DNA of 64,000 nt from Parachlamydiales bacterium (GCA_963765145.1 CAVXVG010000027.1:96001-160000); one strand, 5' to 3'; shown: positions 18,728 through 29,721, counted from the stretch's first letter. Notes: generated by a model not told the origin, from the letters alone. Numbers and translations: made by a program.

Positions 18728-19422
18728 TTTTCGTAAACTTTAAAGACAGCTCTGCGATTGAGACGGTGTGATTGATCATCATCCCCATTGGCAATCAGAC
18801 GCTCTTTTCCGTAAGAAATGGTGAAAAGTTTGTCTGTGCTGATCCCTTCAGAGACTAAAAACCCTCTGACCTCATTAGCCCTTCTTGAGCCGAGTGCAAA
18901 GTTGTAGGCTTCAGGCCCCCGTTTATCACAATGTCCTTCGATGAAAACATACACATTGGGGTGTTGTTTCATAAAACCTGCAATGTTTTGCAAGATTTGC
19001 ATGTTTTCTTGCCCGCGGATTTGGTTGCTATTGTAGTCAAAATGGGCGGGACGGAACACTTTTGAAAGCACCGGGTCACCCGTTGGCTCTTTGAAACCAT
19101 CAAGACCTGGAATTTGACTTCCCGGGTCACCAGGAGAGTGCTTCGAAGCAGGGATATCACTCATCGAGTAAAGACCATCATTCCCTTCATCAAAGTAAGG
19201 CATTAAATCGGGGGAATAGCAGAAGGCACTTTCATCGTTTGCAAAGAAATCATCTGCAGATGAAACCTGACGAGAATCTTCCCGTTTTCCACCGAGTGAT
19301 TCAATCCCTCTTTCCATGTGATGGCCACATGTTAATGTGTCATCCCAAAGTTCTTCATTGGAACGGTAGCAGCCGCTAGCTAGTATTAACAAAGTTAATG
19401 CAAAAAAAGGTAAGAATCTCAT
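18724..19422 (-). CDS. pal: Peptidoglycan-associated lipoprotein (OmpA domain)
   Basis: Lipobox ASGC; EGHCDKRG..YNFALGSRRA, SYGKE and NRRA motifs. Confidence 0.93.
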   Translation of the reverse strand: MRFLPFFALTLLILASGCYRSNEELWDDTLTCGHHMERGIESLGGKREDSRQVSSADDFFANDESAFCYSPDLMPYFDEGNDGLYSMSDIPASKHSPGDPGSQIPGLDGFKEPTGDPVLSKVFRPAHFDYNSNQIRGQENMQILQNIAGFMKQHPNVYVFIEGHCDKRGPEAYNFALGSRRANEVRGFLVSEGISTDKLFTISYGKERLIANGDDDQSHRLNRRAVFKVYEK

Positions 19423-19533
19423 GGGAGCACTCTATGGGGGGGTATCTATAAAAAAAGGATACTACCACAAGAGAATCTACCATCAAGCGCAGTTATTTTT
19501 GGAGTAAATCATCTGCTAACAAAAAATTATTTC

Positions 19534-19750
19534 CCTGCCCGAAAAGCTTTTGCCTAAGCAGTTTCTTAGTTAAAATTCGGGCACGCGCAAGTATTTTTCT
19601 CTGTGTTCTCTGTGCCTCTGTGTTGAAAAAATATAGTTAGCTTTTTGCCAAAGCGTATTTTGGGTAAAAGTTCACTAGTTTCAACACAGAGGCACAGAGA
19701 ACACAGAGAAAAATTTTGAACTAGAGTTTAACGCTCCAAGCGCGTCGCGA
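19534..19750. repeat. Cluster of repeat families C (19534-19590), A (19594-19715) and a family B remnant (~19722-19750)
   Basis: tgcccgaa...ttcgggcac; ctctgtgttctctgtgcctctgtgttgaa...ttcaacacagaggcacagagaacacagag; gctccaagcgcgtcgcgaa. Confidence 0.8.
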
Positions 19751-19752
19751 AG

Positions 19753-20721
19753 CTAAGGAGAATTATCACATGAATTTCCTTCAGATAAATGAGGAGTCAG
19801 CATCTCACTCCGAGTAAAACGAACAAGCCTTTCTTGCCAGTCGGGACGGTAGCCGACAAGCTGGAGGGCTTCTTCTGAGGAAAGATGGGAGGGCGAGGCA
19901 AAGAAAGCTTCTAAGTCATTTTTTGTCTTTAACGAACTTCCCCACTGAAAGGTGGGTATGCCTAAAAGGGGGCCTTTAATGGCGGTTGTTGTTTTGTTGT
20001 ACCCCATCACATCGGCAACGGCCATAGCCTGCTCAAGTGTACCTGTGGATATTGCAAAAGGTGTTTTCCAATTTGAATAAAGTAAGTCTATTTTGTCGGT
20101 TATCCCCTCTTCTTCAGCTCTTGGATGACGATGAAGGAGGAGGTTATATTGCGCCAATCCCTCGTTGTTTTCAGAAAGGAATGTTTTAAATATATTTTCG
20201 TAATCCTTATCAGCGGAGCCTATAAAGAGAAGGATCGGTAGTTCAGGGCTAAGTTGATGTTTGGCAATAAAACTTTGCTTAAAGTCTTCGTCTTGGCGGA
20301 GCGCCTGAATTCTTTCGATGTCTTCTAATGGATAATAGCCAAGTTCCTTAACGTAGAGTGCCTTGTCTGCTACCGAAACAATCTCAGCTGCGAGTTTATT
20401 GCACCCCTCATAATTGTCTACATAGGCGATCACTTTGACATTTCTCGCTTTTAAGGCTTTTGCCAGATCGAAAGAAAAAAGAGGGCCGACATCTAACAAG
20501 ACTTCATCTGCTACTTTAGCGATTTTATCTGCGGTTTCTTCCACCATGTGGGTATTGATCGGAACGACTGCTTTTAATGGGGACATTTTGATCAGGGCGT
20601 TGTCGGCGGCAAAAGCGACGTAAGGGATGCCCTCTTGTTCAAAAACCTTCCCAAATTGAGCGAAGTGGTGGCCGGGATTGGGGTGAATCGCTACGAGAGC
20701 GATCGTTAAAAATAGATTCAT
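19753..20721 (-). CDS. Hypothetical protein, GT-B / CDP-glycerol glycerophosphotransferase-like
   Basis: LLHRHPR and AMAVADV..TTTAI..PLLGIPT resemble GT-B C-terminal motifs. Confidence 0.5.
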   Translation of the reverse strand: MNLFLTIALVAIHPNPGHHFAQFGKVFEQEGIPYVAFAADNALIKMSPLKAVVPINTHMVEETADKIAKVADEVLLDVGPLFSFDLAKALKARNVKVIAYVDNYEGCNKLAAEIVSVADKALYVKELGYYPLEDIERIQALRQDEDFKQSFIAKHQLSPELPILLFIGSADKDYENIFKTFLSENNEGLAQYNLLLHRHPRAEEEGITDKIDLLYSNWKTPFAISTGTLEQAMAVADVMGYNKTTTAIKGPLLGIPTFQWGSSLKTKNDLEAFFASPSHLSSEEALQLVGYRPDWQERLVRFTRSEMLTPHLSEGNSCDNSP

Positions 20722-20782
20722 TGAATTTTATAGTTTTTCCTCTTAATATTATCACAAAATTCTATTATTAAGGGGTCGTTCA

Positions 20783-22945
20783 ATGGGATACATCAAAGAG
20801 TTTAGCAACCGATTGGCTGAGAGAAATTTTCCTCGCTTTTTGGAACTCTGGGAAGAATATCTCACAGTTGACACCACAGACGCTTCAGAGCTGATCGAAA
20901 TTCTAAAAGACATTAAACAGTCAGATCTTTCCGCTCAAATTGGGGGGGTGGTTGAGAATCTCTTGCCTATGTGGGAGACGATTCAAGATCCTGCAGCCTC
21001 TTACGAAGTTCTTAGGTTGATTTTTGACCTGGAAACAACAGACAGCGACAAACTTCGCGAGCTTGCTGCCAAAGTAGTCACCGAAAAATACGAAAGCAGC
21101 CCACATTACAAAGAAGGGATGAAGCTTGTTGGCCTTAAAGGCGGACCTTTTCAAGGCGCGATTCGAAAGTTCGACCTTTTGGCCCATCTTGAAAAAGGAA
21201 AGTTTGTTTATCACACATCAGGTTGGGGAACAGGAATTATCCTCGACATCTCTTTTGTCAGAGAGCAGCTCACCATGGATTTTGAGTTGGTCAACGGTAA
21301 AAAGGAGCTATCCTTTGCCAATGCATTCAAAACATTAGTCCCCATCGCAGCGACAGCTTTTTGGCGCGCCGTTTTTCAGATGCCGATCAATTAGAGGCAG
21401 AGGCCAGAAAAGATCCCCTTCCAGTTTTAAAGCTTTTATTTAAAGATCTAGGCCCAAAAACGGCTCAAGATATCAAAGAAGAAATGATGGATTTAGTCAT
21501 TCCTGAAGAAGATTGGGTAAAATGGTGGCAAGGAGCGAGAACGAGATTAAAAAAAGATCCGTTGATTGAAGTTCCAGAATCTGCAAAAAAACCTTTCTAC
21601 ATCAGATCTAAAGAGAAAAGCTTGGACGAAGAGGCCAAAGAGGTCCTGGACAAAAAGAGGAAATATTGCTCTGTTCATACCAACTCTTTACAGCTTTATC
21701 CGCGACTTTCCGCAAGGGCTAAAGTCGGCCACCATCCGCGCAGAAATAGAGTCGATCCTTTTAGAAAAAATGAGAGACAAGACCCTCTCTCCAGAAGCTG
21801 AGCTGCAGTTTGCCCTCTTTTTAGAGCAATATTTAGATAAACAAGTTCCAGGACATACCATTCAAGAGGGCATTGAGAAAGTTAATGACCCTAAAAAAGT
21901 GATCAACGCCATCGAAGTGATGGCTCTCAAAAAACGGGCTTTACAGGCTGTTCAGCAAGGTAAACAAAACTGGCCTGAACTCTTCCTTGAGCTATTAGTA
22001 GAACCTCAAAGCTCCATGATCAGAGATTATCTGCTGAAAGCGCTGCTTAGCGATTCTGTTGGTAAAGAAAAGTTCTTAAAATCCCTTGAAGGGATCTTCA
22101 GAAAGCCTGATCAGGCGCCTGACTTTTTTGCCTGGTACTTCCAAAAAATCATCGCTCAAGAAGAAGTTCCATTTGGAGACAAAGAGGGGGCTCAAAGGGC
22201 ACTCGAATCACTGCTCATTCTGCTTTCCTCTATAGAAAACCAATCGGCACAGAAAGATTTGGTGAAAAAGATCTTAAATCTTCTGTCTGGAAAAAGATAT
22301 GAAGTGGTTCGAGAAATCATCCACGGTGCCTCTACGCCCTACCTAAAAGAATTTCTGCTACTTGCTTCCAAGTGCAACTCTTTCTCAGAGCAAGATGTAA
22401 AAGTTTTAACATCTCTTGCTGCAGTCGTCGATCCCGGCCTTTCAGTGAAGAAGGTGAAAAGGGAACGGCAAGATGCCAATATTTTCTGGGCGACTGGAGA
22501 GTCATTAAAACGCATTCAAGAGAGAATCAAGCTGATTGCAACCTCTGAAACTGTCGATAACGCACGAGAAATTGAAGCAGCAAGGGCTCTTGGAGATTTG
22601 AGAGAGAACTCTGAATATAAGTTTGCAAAAGAGCGTCGTGCTCGCTTGCAAGAAGAGATGAGACGGTTGTCTCAGGAGATCCAAAAGGCGCGCGTTTTAA
22701 GTCAGGTGGATGTCGATACAGATGAGATCGGCATAGGAAACATCATCACCTTGCTCGATTCAAAAGGACAAACTACAACCTATACCATTTTAGGGCCTTG
22801 GGATGCAGACGCAGAAAATGGTATCCTCTCCAACCAATCTCCTTTTTCCCAAGCTATGATGGGAAAATCGGTTGGCGATACATTCCAGTTTAAGGGAGAG
22901 GAGTATAAGGTAGGTGAAATTGCGACGATTTTTGATCGCAAATAA
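20783..22945 (+). CDS. greA: Chlamydial long-form transcription elongation factor GreA (frameshifts near 21347 and 21655)
   Basis: Three overlapping ORFs join into one protein; C-terminal ARALGDLRENSEY and YTILGPWDAD. Confidence 0.9.
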
Positions 22946-22962
22946 GGGGCCTCATTGTGGAC

Positions 22963-23559
22963 ATGGATATTGTTTTAGCTTCAGAAAATCCGGGCAAGCT
23001 AATTGAGTTTAGAGAGCTTTTCAAAGAGTTTGACCCTTCAGTCGATCTCCTTTCTTTGAGAAATTTCGAATATACCCCTCCGGAAGAAACAGGGAGTACC
23101 TTTGAGGAAAATGCTAAGCTGAAAGCAGTAACTGCCGCGAAAGCATTGCAAAAGTGGGTGTTGGCTGACGATTCAGGGCTTGTTGTGCCTGCCCTAAAGG
23201 GTGAACCGGGCATTTTTTCAGCACGCTATGCAGGTGCCGACGCAACTGATCTAGACAATCGCAAAAAACTTCTCAAAGCAATGGAAAGCCTAGAAGGGCT
23301 TGAAAGGGCTGCCTATTTTGAATGTGTCTTAGTTCTTGCAAGTCCGGAAGGGGCAAAAATTGTGGCGCGAGGACGCGTTGAAGGGGTCATTGTCGATGCA
23401 GAAAGGGGGAGAAATGGTTTTGGCTATGATCCTCTTTTTCAAAAGTATGAGTCAGGTAAAACCTTTGCCGAACTTGATGCACAAACCAAAAATCGGGTAT
23501 CTCACAGACGAAAAGCTTTTGAGAAGCTGAAATTGTCTTGGGAAACTCTTAAATTGTGA
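22963..23559 (+). CDS. rdgB: Non-canonical purine NTP pyrophosphatase
   Basis: ASENPGK, ETGSTFEENA, ADDSGL, GFGYDPLF and SHR motifs. Confidence 0.95.
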   Translation: MDIVLASENPGKLIEFRELFKEFDPSVDLLSLRNFEYTPPEETGSTFEENAKLKAVTAAKALQKWVLADDSGLVVPALKGEPGIFSARYAGADATDLDNRKKLLKAMESLEGLERAAYFECVLVLASPEGAKIVARGRVEGVIVDAERGRNGFGYDPLFQKYESGKTFAELDAQTKNRVSHRRKAFEKLKLSWETLKL

Positions 23560-24059
23560 CAACTCCTTTTTTAGTTGATGCTTATAACCTCCTTTTTTGG
23601 TGCTTAGAGGGGGAAAATTTAGAAAGAGAAAGGGCACAGCTGATCCACGAAATCAATTTCCATGCCAAAAGAAGGCGGCTTGATGTCACCCTTGTTTTTG
23701 ATGCAACATGGACCGACGATCCCCTAGTTCGAGGCCATTTTGATGCTCTGGAAATCGTATTCACCGCAAAGGGTGTAACAGCAGATGAACATATTCTAGA
23801 ACTGGTTCAGAGCCAACCTAAAGTGATTGTAGTTACATCAGACAAAAGCCTTGCACGTCTTGCAAGGCAAACGGGTGCAAAAACGGTTTCAACCCCCGAA
23901 TTTTATCGTTGGCTACTCAAAAGTAGGGCAAAGGTGAGAGAGGCGCAAGCGCCGAAAAAGATCGATTTTTCCAACCCCAAAGTGGTTTTACAAGAGGGTT
24001 CTCTTCTCTGGTACCAGCTCCAATTCGAAGCCAAACTCAAAAAACACGATACAGAATAA
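23556..24059 (+). CDS. NYN/YacP-like PIN-domain ribonuclease
   Basis: LVDAYNL, LVFD, TADEHI and VVTSD motifs. Confidence 0.88.
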   Translation: MTTPFLVDAYNLLFWCLEGENLERERAQLIHEINFHAKRRRLDVTLVFDATWTDDPLVRGHFDALEIVFTAKGVTADEHILELVQSQPKVIVVTSDKSLARLARQTGAKTVSTPEFYRWLLKSRAKVREAQAPKKIDFSNPKVVLQEGSLLWYQLQFEAKLKKHDTE

Positions 24060-24120
24060 TACACGGTGGTTTCGCCACTTTCTTTTTAGCTTAATGTTGT
24101 ATCAATGATAAGAGATAGCT

Positions 24121-24215
24121 CGCAACGCGTTTGGAGTGCTCTACGCCCGTTTAGCTTTCACTTATCACTAAAAAATGAAAGCTAAACGGGCGTAGAGCAC
24201 TCCAAACGCGCTGCG
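24121..24215. repeat. REPIN-like palindrome, family B (GGAGTGC)
   Basis: cgcaacgcgtttggagtgctctacgcccgtttagc ... gctaaacgggcgtagagcactccaaacgcgctgcg. Confidence 0.9.
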
Positions 24216-24246
24216 GAGCCGAGCTGGCACCTAGAATGGCGTGAAG

Positions 24247-25056
24247 TTATCTGCCGTAAGCGCGATGGTTGATGTTCATCAGTTGTATGTTATGTTGCAT
24301 GACCATAAGAGTTAAAAGCTGCTGTTTTTCTCGAGCCTTCTTTTCTTGTTCCGCTTTAACTTGAGCTTCGTGATAACTCTTTTCAATCACTTTTATCCCG
24401 TCTTTGGCGATTTGGATAAGAATATCTTCACCAAAAATGGCTCGTAGGGCTGCCTCATTGCTTTTATCCTGCTTTATCCCTCTGAGGAGAAGGACATTGT
24501 GCGCTTGCAATAGATTTTGAAAGACGATGTTGTCTTTTTTAGGGAAAAGATTTGAAAGAGGGGCGTCGGTCTCTTTAGCTGTTATGACAAGAGGGTTCTT
24601 ATCTGGGGAATTGTAGGCAAAGGTTAGTAAATGACTTGAGCTGACTGGAAATTGTGCCTCTACAAGTCCAGTATAGTCTATTTTTGGACGGTTGAATTCA
24701 AGGCCTGCTCTTTTGAGGAGCCATTGCTGCAAACCACCTTGAGTGCTGTTCCACAAATTGATGGTTTTTGCAGATGAGAAATAGTTCTTGAAGTAGCTTG
24801 AATCGGGTGTGATTTCTTGATGAGCACTATTCAAGGCCTGAACTTTTAGCCCTGCTAGGAAATAGATCTTTGTTAGCTCTTTAGTGTGCTCGGGCGATAA
24901 ACGAGAAAATAAAAGGGTCGCCATCAGAGAAATTTTCTCTAACCAGGGACGTTTAACAAAAGAGAACTTGTCATCACATTTGACACCAAGTGGACCTTCT
25001 TTTTGTAGGAGTTCCAATTGTTTTACGGTGCCTTCATAGTCTATTTTACTTGCCAT
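24247..25056 (-). CDS. Hypothetical protein
   Basis: ~270 aa ORF directly downstream of topA; no recognised motif. Confidence 0.7.
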   Translation of the reverse strand: MASKIDYEGTVKQLELLQKEGPLGVKCDDKFSFVKRPWLEKISLMATLLFSRLSPEHTKELTKIYFLAGLKVQALNSAHQEITPDSSYFKNYFSSAKTINLWNSTQGGLQQWLLKRAGLEFNRPKIDYTGLVEAQFPVSSSHLLTFAYNSPDKNPLVITAKETDAPLSNLFPKKDNIVFQNLLQAHNVLLLRGIKQDKSNEAALRAIFGEDILIQIAKDGIKVIEKSYHEAQVKAEQEKKAREKQQLLTLMVMQHNIQLMNINHRAYGR

Positions 25057-25077
25057 AAGAGTCTCCAATGATGGGTA

Positions 25078-27681
25078 TTAGATGAAGTGGGGGTTGATCA
25101 ACTTTGCAATTTCAAAAATTCCAATGGGTGTTGATTTACCAAGTAGTGCAGCAAGTTTTGCATCGGGAAGTACTTGTCGCTTATCTTTTGGATTTTGCAA
25201 GTTATGAGCTTTGATATAATCCCAGAGATCTTTAACAACTTCTGTGCGAGCCGCCTCATTTTTTCCAATAAAAGCCTGTAAATCGGGTGAAATTGGTACA
25301 GGTTTCTGCTCCCTTTTTGGCTTTGCCTTCTCTTTTGTAGCCGTCTTTGTCTTTTTGACGGCTTTTGCTTTGGTGGTGGTTTTGGCTTTAGAGGTAGGTT
25401 TCTTTGCCTCTTCTTTCTTTTTCCCCCATTTTTTTTCGGCCTTCACATAGGGTGTGCGAGGATGGTTGGGATATTTCTCTTCCAACTGCTCAACATCGTT
25501 GACGATCACATCACACTCTGGATAGGTGGAACATGAGTAGAATGTTTTGCCGAAACGAGAACGTCGTGCTTTGATTTTACCTGGACATCCAATTGCTGGG
25601 CAGTCTGGCAGGTCTTCTTGATTTAAGACGACCTCTCCCTTTTTAGGAATATTGACAATCCCTTTGCAATCGGGGTAGCCGGTACAACCAAGGAAAGGAC
25701 CAAACTTACCAAATCGAAGCTTCATGTCTTTACTGCATTTAGGACATTTTTGGTCCCAATCGAAGTTGTCGGCGTATTCTTCCCGATTAAAATGGTACTC
25801 TTCTAAAGGAACTGTGTAGTCGCAATCGGGGTAACGGTTACACCCATAGAAATATTTAGATTTAGACCAAACTTTTTGCAGTTTGCCTGTATGACAGCGT
25901 GGGCATTCGATGTCTGTCTCTACTTTCGGGACAAACGCCTCTTTTTTGGCGATTTCAAGGGTTGGTTCAAACTTTTTCCAGAAAATGCGTAAAAGGTCTT
26001 TCCAATCCCGCTTATTCTCTGCGACATCTTCCAGGGCATCTTCCATTTCTGCCGTGAATTCGGTCTTCATGATCTCTTGAAAACTTGCGACTAAGAGATC
26101 TGATACAACGCACCCAAGCTCGGTCGGTTTTAATCTTCCTTGCTCTTTTTCGGTGTAGGAACGGCTCTGGATTTTGTTCATGATGGCAGCGTAGGTCGAA
26201 GGTCTGCCAATGCCTGATTTTTCTAACTCTTTGACCAATGAAGCTTCGCTGTAACGTGGAGGAGGTCTTGTAAAAGACTGCTCTTTTTGCAAATCGACTA
26301 AAAGTAAACGCTGCCCTTCTTCAAGAGGCGGCAACCGTTTATCTTCTTCTTTTTCTGTCTCTTCATCGACCCTTTCTTCGTAAAGGGCTAAAAAGCCCGA
26401 AAATTTCAGGGTGGACCCTGTTGCACGGAACACCATCTCTTTTTGCGTGATGTCGCACGAGAGAGTGTCGTAAACGGCAGCTTCTGCTTGCGAAGAGATA
26501 AAACGTCTCCAAATCAATTGGTAGAGACGAAATTCGTCGCGTGTTAAAAAGCTTTCTAAACTTTCTGGTGTACGGGTTAAATCAGCAGGACGTACAGCTT
26601 CGTGAGCATCTTGCGCGCTTTTCTTTGCTGCATAATGTCGAGCAGTTTCAGGTAAATAAGAAGCTCCTAAATGATCCTTGATCCATTTTCTCGCTTCTGT
26701 GATCGCCTCGTCTGCGACTCGGACAGAGTCGGTTCTCATGTAGGTGATCAAACCTGTTGGCCCTTCATTTCTTACGTCAACCCCTTCATAAAGGCTTTGG
26801 GCAATCGACATGGTTTTAGAAGAGGAAAAGCCAAAGTGACGGCTAGCTTCTTGTTGTAAAGTTGAAGTGATAAAAGGGGCAGGAGGAAAACGCCTTTTTT
26901 CTTTACGCTCAACACGGGTAACGTCGTAAGGCTCTTTGTCAAGCCGCTTGACTAGCTGTTCTGCTTTTTCGGCGGTGTCGACAATGAGAACATCTTTTCC
27001 TTCAACCGGTTCCTTTTCAATTTTGATGCCATCGACTGAAAAAAGTGTGGCTAGAAACGGTTTTGGGTCATCTTTTGTCTTGAGATGAGCAGACAGTGTC
27101 CAATATTCGACCGGTTTAAAGGCCAGAATTTCTCTTTCACGATCGACAACAAGTTTTAAAGCGACCGACTGAACGCGACCTGCAGAAACAGATTCGTTTT
27201 TCCCTCTGTGGATTTTTCGATTTAGGATGGGGGAAATAGAATAGCCCACCAAGCGGTCTAACACCCTTCTTGCTTGTTGAGCATTAACCAGCGCCATGTC
27301 GATTTCTCGCGGATGGGCTAAGGCATTCAAAACGGCATCTTTAGTGATCGACTGGAAAGAGACCCTTTTAGCAGGTGTCCCTTTGGGTAAAATTTCTAGA
27401 ATGTGCCAAGCAATAGCTTCCCCTTCCCTGTCAGGGTCGGGAGATAGGTACACAATATCTACAAGTTTTGCGGCGGCTTTAAGCTGACGTATAACGTCCT
27501 CTTTACGAGGGACTGTTACATAGGTGGGTTCAAAATCGTGCTCGATATCGACACCAAATTCCTTTTCGGGAAGATCTCGGATATGTCCGATAGACGACTC
27601 AAAGGAATAGGTGGGACCTAAAATTTTCTTTAGCGTTTTGATCTTCGTCGGAGATTCGACGATGATGAGCGCTTTTTTCAT
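25078..27681 (-). CDS. topA: DNA topoisomerase I with C-terminal SWIB domain
   Basis: IVESPTK, DPDREGEAI, SAGRVQS, ITYMRTDS, zinc ribbons and SWIB (RTEVVKDLWDYIKAHNLQ). Confidence 0.97.
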   Translation of the reverse strand: MKKALIIVESPTKIKTLKKILGPTYSFESSIGHIRDLPEKEFGVDIEHDFEPTYVTVPRKEDVIRQLKAAAKLVDIVYLSPDPDREGEAIAWHILEILPKGTPAKRVSFQSITKDAVLNALAHPREIDMALVNAQQARRVLDRLVGYSISPILNRKIHRGKNESVSAGRVQSVALKLVVDREREILAFKPVEYWTLSAHLKTKDDPKPFLATLFSVDGIKIEKEPVEGKDVLIVDTAEKAEQLVKRLDKEPYDVTRVERKEKRRFPPAPFITSTLQQEASRHFGFSSSKTMSIAQSLYEGVDVRNEGPTGLITYMRTDSVRVADEAITEARKWIKDHLGASYLPETARHYAAKKSAQDAHEAVRPADLTRTPESLESFLTRDEFRLYQLIWRRFISSQAEAAVYDTLSCDITQKEMVFRATGSTLKFSGFLALYEERVDEETEKEEDKRLPPLEEGQRLLLVDLQKEQSFTRPPPRYSEASLVKELEKSGIGRPSTYAAIMNKIQSRSYTEKEQGRLKPTELGCVVSDLLVASFQEIMKTEFTAEMEDALEDVAENKRDWKDLLRIFWKKFEPTLEIAKKEAFVPKVETDIECPRCHTGKLQKVWSKSKYFYGCNRYPDCDYTVPLEEYHFNREEYADNFDWDQKCPKCSKDMKLRFGKFGPFLGCTGYPDCKGIVNIPKKGEVVLNQEDLPDCPAIGCPGKIKARRSRFGKTFYSCSTYPECDVIVNDVEQLEEKYPNHPRTPYVKAEKKWGKKKEEAKKPTSKAKTTTKAKAVKKTKTATKEKAKPKREQKPVPISPDLQAFIGKNEAARTEVVKDLWDYIKAHNLQNPKDKRQVLPDAKLAALLGKSTPIGIFEIAKLINPHFI

Positions 27682-27762
27682 GCAATCCTATAAATTTTTT
27701 TGAGAGTGATTTTACGATAATTGCCTTTAATTAGCTCGATTTTGTTCGTTTTTGGATGAAAT

Positions 27763-28665
27763 TTAGCTGCTTATTTTGTAAAATCCCCCAGCTAATTGTC
27801 TGATTTTTCCTTGTAAAACCAATCGGGTTAATTGAGCTTTGACGGTCGAAAGTGGCAGGTTGGATTTTATCGAAAGTGTTTCTACATCTATTTCTGATTG
27901 GGTAAAAAATGACAAGAGCCCTTCATTTAAAATGGGGGGAGAAGATGTTAGTTTTTTCTCTAAAAGATCAAAAATTGAGAGGGCCAATTTCGCTTTCCCC
28001 TCTTTTAGCAATTGGTGATTCCCCACAAAATTTTCTGAATCAATCCTGCCGGGAATGGCAAAAACTGGACGATTTAACTTGAGGGCAGCCTCAACTGTGA
28101 TCAAAGATCCGCTTTTTAAAGGGGCTTCTATGACAAGCAGCTTTTCAGATAAGGCAGCTATTAACCGGTTTCTTGCAGGAAACTGGTATTTATTAGGTGG
28201 AGTATGGATTGGGTATTCAGATAAAAGAAGCCCTTCCTTTCCAATTTTTTCACCCAGTTCTCGATTTTCCGCCGGGTAAAGAGAGGCAAAACCGGAACCA
28301 ATGATGGCCACAGTTTTACCAGCACTCATCGCGCCTAGGTGTGCTTCGGTGTCAATGCCTCGGGCAAGTCCACTGACAACTGCTACGCCCATGCCGGCTG
28401 CTTGTTTCGAAAAATTTCTTGCAACTTCACGCCCGTAGAGCGTGGCATTTCGAGTTCCAACAATTCCTAAGGTGTTGGCAAGAAGGGACAGATCTCCTTT
28501 GACCCACAAAAAAGAGGGGGGATTGGTTAGCTCTTTTAATTTTTTTGGATAGGCTGCGTCTTTTACAGAAAGGATCTGTATTCCCTGAGTGCAAGCTTCC
28601 TCCCACTCCTTTTCTGCAGATTCCTGTCCTAGTTTTAAGACTAAATCATCCATGATAGTTGACAT
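27763..28665 (-). CDS. dprA: DNA-processing protein DprA
   Basis: IVGTRNAT, VSGLARGIDT.AH, FPARNRLIA and SGSLIT motifs; start uncertain. Confidence 0.93.
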   Translation of the reverse strand: MSTIMDDLVLKLGQESAEKEWEEACTQGIQILSVKDAAYPKKLKELTNPPSFLWVKGDLSLLANTLGIVGTRNATLYGREVARNFSKQAAGMGVAVVSGLARGIDTEAHLGAMSAGKTVAIIGSGFASLYPAENRELGEKIGKEGLLLSEYPIHTPPNKYQFPARNRLIAALSEKLLVIEAPLKSGSLITVEAALKLNRPVFAIPGRIDSENFVGNHQLLKEGKAKLALSIFDLLEKKLTSSPPILNEGLLSFFTQSEIDVETLSIKSNLPLSTVKAQLTRLVLQGKIRQLAGGFYKISS

Positions 28666-29620
28666 GTTTACCCATCTATTACTTCTTTTATTGACCATTA
28701 GTGGTTCTGTCGCTCCAATTGTCGAAGGATTAGAGCAGATCGAAACGTTGTCTAAACAAAAATATACGAAACGGCAGTTTACCGAGATTGAAAAAGCGTT
28801 AGAAAGAAAAGAGCGGAAGATTCGGGTGATGTCTTACAACATCCTTTTTGATCTGTTTGATGAAAGATGGGGGGAAGAAAACCGGTGGAAAAACCGGTCT
28901 ACCCGTGTATTAGAATTGATTAAAGAGATTTCGCCTGACATTTTAGGGGTTCAGGAGCTTTATAAAAACCAGCTCAAAGATTTGCTGTCCCAACTTGGAG
29001 AGAGCTATGCTTTTGTGTCTAGAGATCCTTTGATTGGAGAGACAAATGGGATTTTTTACCGGAAAGATCGATTTACCTGCCTCGACCAGACCGTCTGGGA
29101 TACCCCTCATGTGAGCCAGATTCATATCTCAGATCATTTGACCGACATCACCTTACTTGATAGTAAAACCGGGCAGTCTTTTTCTGTTTTGAACGCTCAC
29201 TTTGCTTTTACCGATATCAACACCAGAGAATCTCAAGCTGAATTTGCCGGGAAATTGGCCCTTTCAAAAACGAATCCAGTCGTTTTCATGGGTGATTTAA
29301 ACATCTTTCCTGCGCGGCCCGAATTATACAAACTCCCATTTTTTGACGGGGATTATATCCATCGAGTTTTAAGCGGTTACGGGCTTAAAGAGGCAAGAGA
29401 GTGGTCTTTGTTGGGGCATGTTGGCCCGCTGGCCACCTTTACAAATGAAGAGAAAGACACACTTCCTTTTAAAGGGACAGGAACACCTGGTATCTTTACG
29501 GATCACTTGTATGTGTCACCAGGTGTTACAGTGATTGTGCATGCGATTGAACCAGCGCTTGTCGACGGCCACTTCCCTTCCGATCACATGCCCGTCTTCG
29601 CCGACATACTTATTGATTAA
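28664..29620 (+). CDS. Secreted endonuclease/exonuclease/phosphatase family protein
   Basis: MSYNIL, GVQE, NAHF, MGDLN, DHLY and PSDHMPV motifs; hydrophobic N-terminus. Confidence 0.9.
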   Translation: MFTHLLLLLLTISGSVAPIVEGLEQIETLSKQKYTKRQFTEIEKALERKERKIRVMSYNILFDLFDERWGEENRWKNRSTRVLELIKEISPDILGVQELYKNQLKDLLSQLGESYAFVSRDPLIGETNGIFYRKDRFTCLDQTVWDTPHVSQIHISDHLTDITLLDSKTGQSFSVLNAHFAFTDINTRESQAEFAGKLALSKTNPVVFMGDLNIFPARPELYKLPFFDGDYIHRVLSGYGLKEAREWSLLGHVGPLATFTNEEKDTLPFKGTGTPGIFTDHLYVSPGVTVIVHAIEPALVDGHFPSDHMPVFADILID

Positions 29621-29626
29621 GAGTTA

Positions 29627-29721
29627 AACGTGCCCGTGCCCGTGCCCGAATTTTCACTAAAAAACTGTTTAGCCAAAAATACACGAGGCCTTTACTCAGA
29701 AGTTTTCGGGCAAGGGCACGG
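29627..29721. repeat. Palindromic repeat family C (GCCCGT/GCCCTT hexamer arms)
   Basis: cgtgcccgtgcccgtgcccgaa ... ttcgggcaagggcacg. Confidence 0.8.

Noticed and set aside
20783..22945. Programmed frameshifting or pseudogene status of greA (also thyX, rsmH, ftsL)
   Set aside because: The same indel pattern recurs across unrelated conserved genes, so sequencing error is more parsimonious.
25078..27681. TopA-SWIB fusion, long GreA and split nqr operon as novelties
   Set aside because: These are well-known chlamydial traits.
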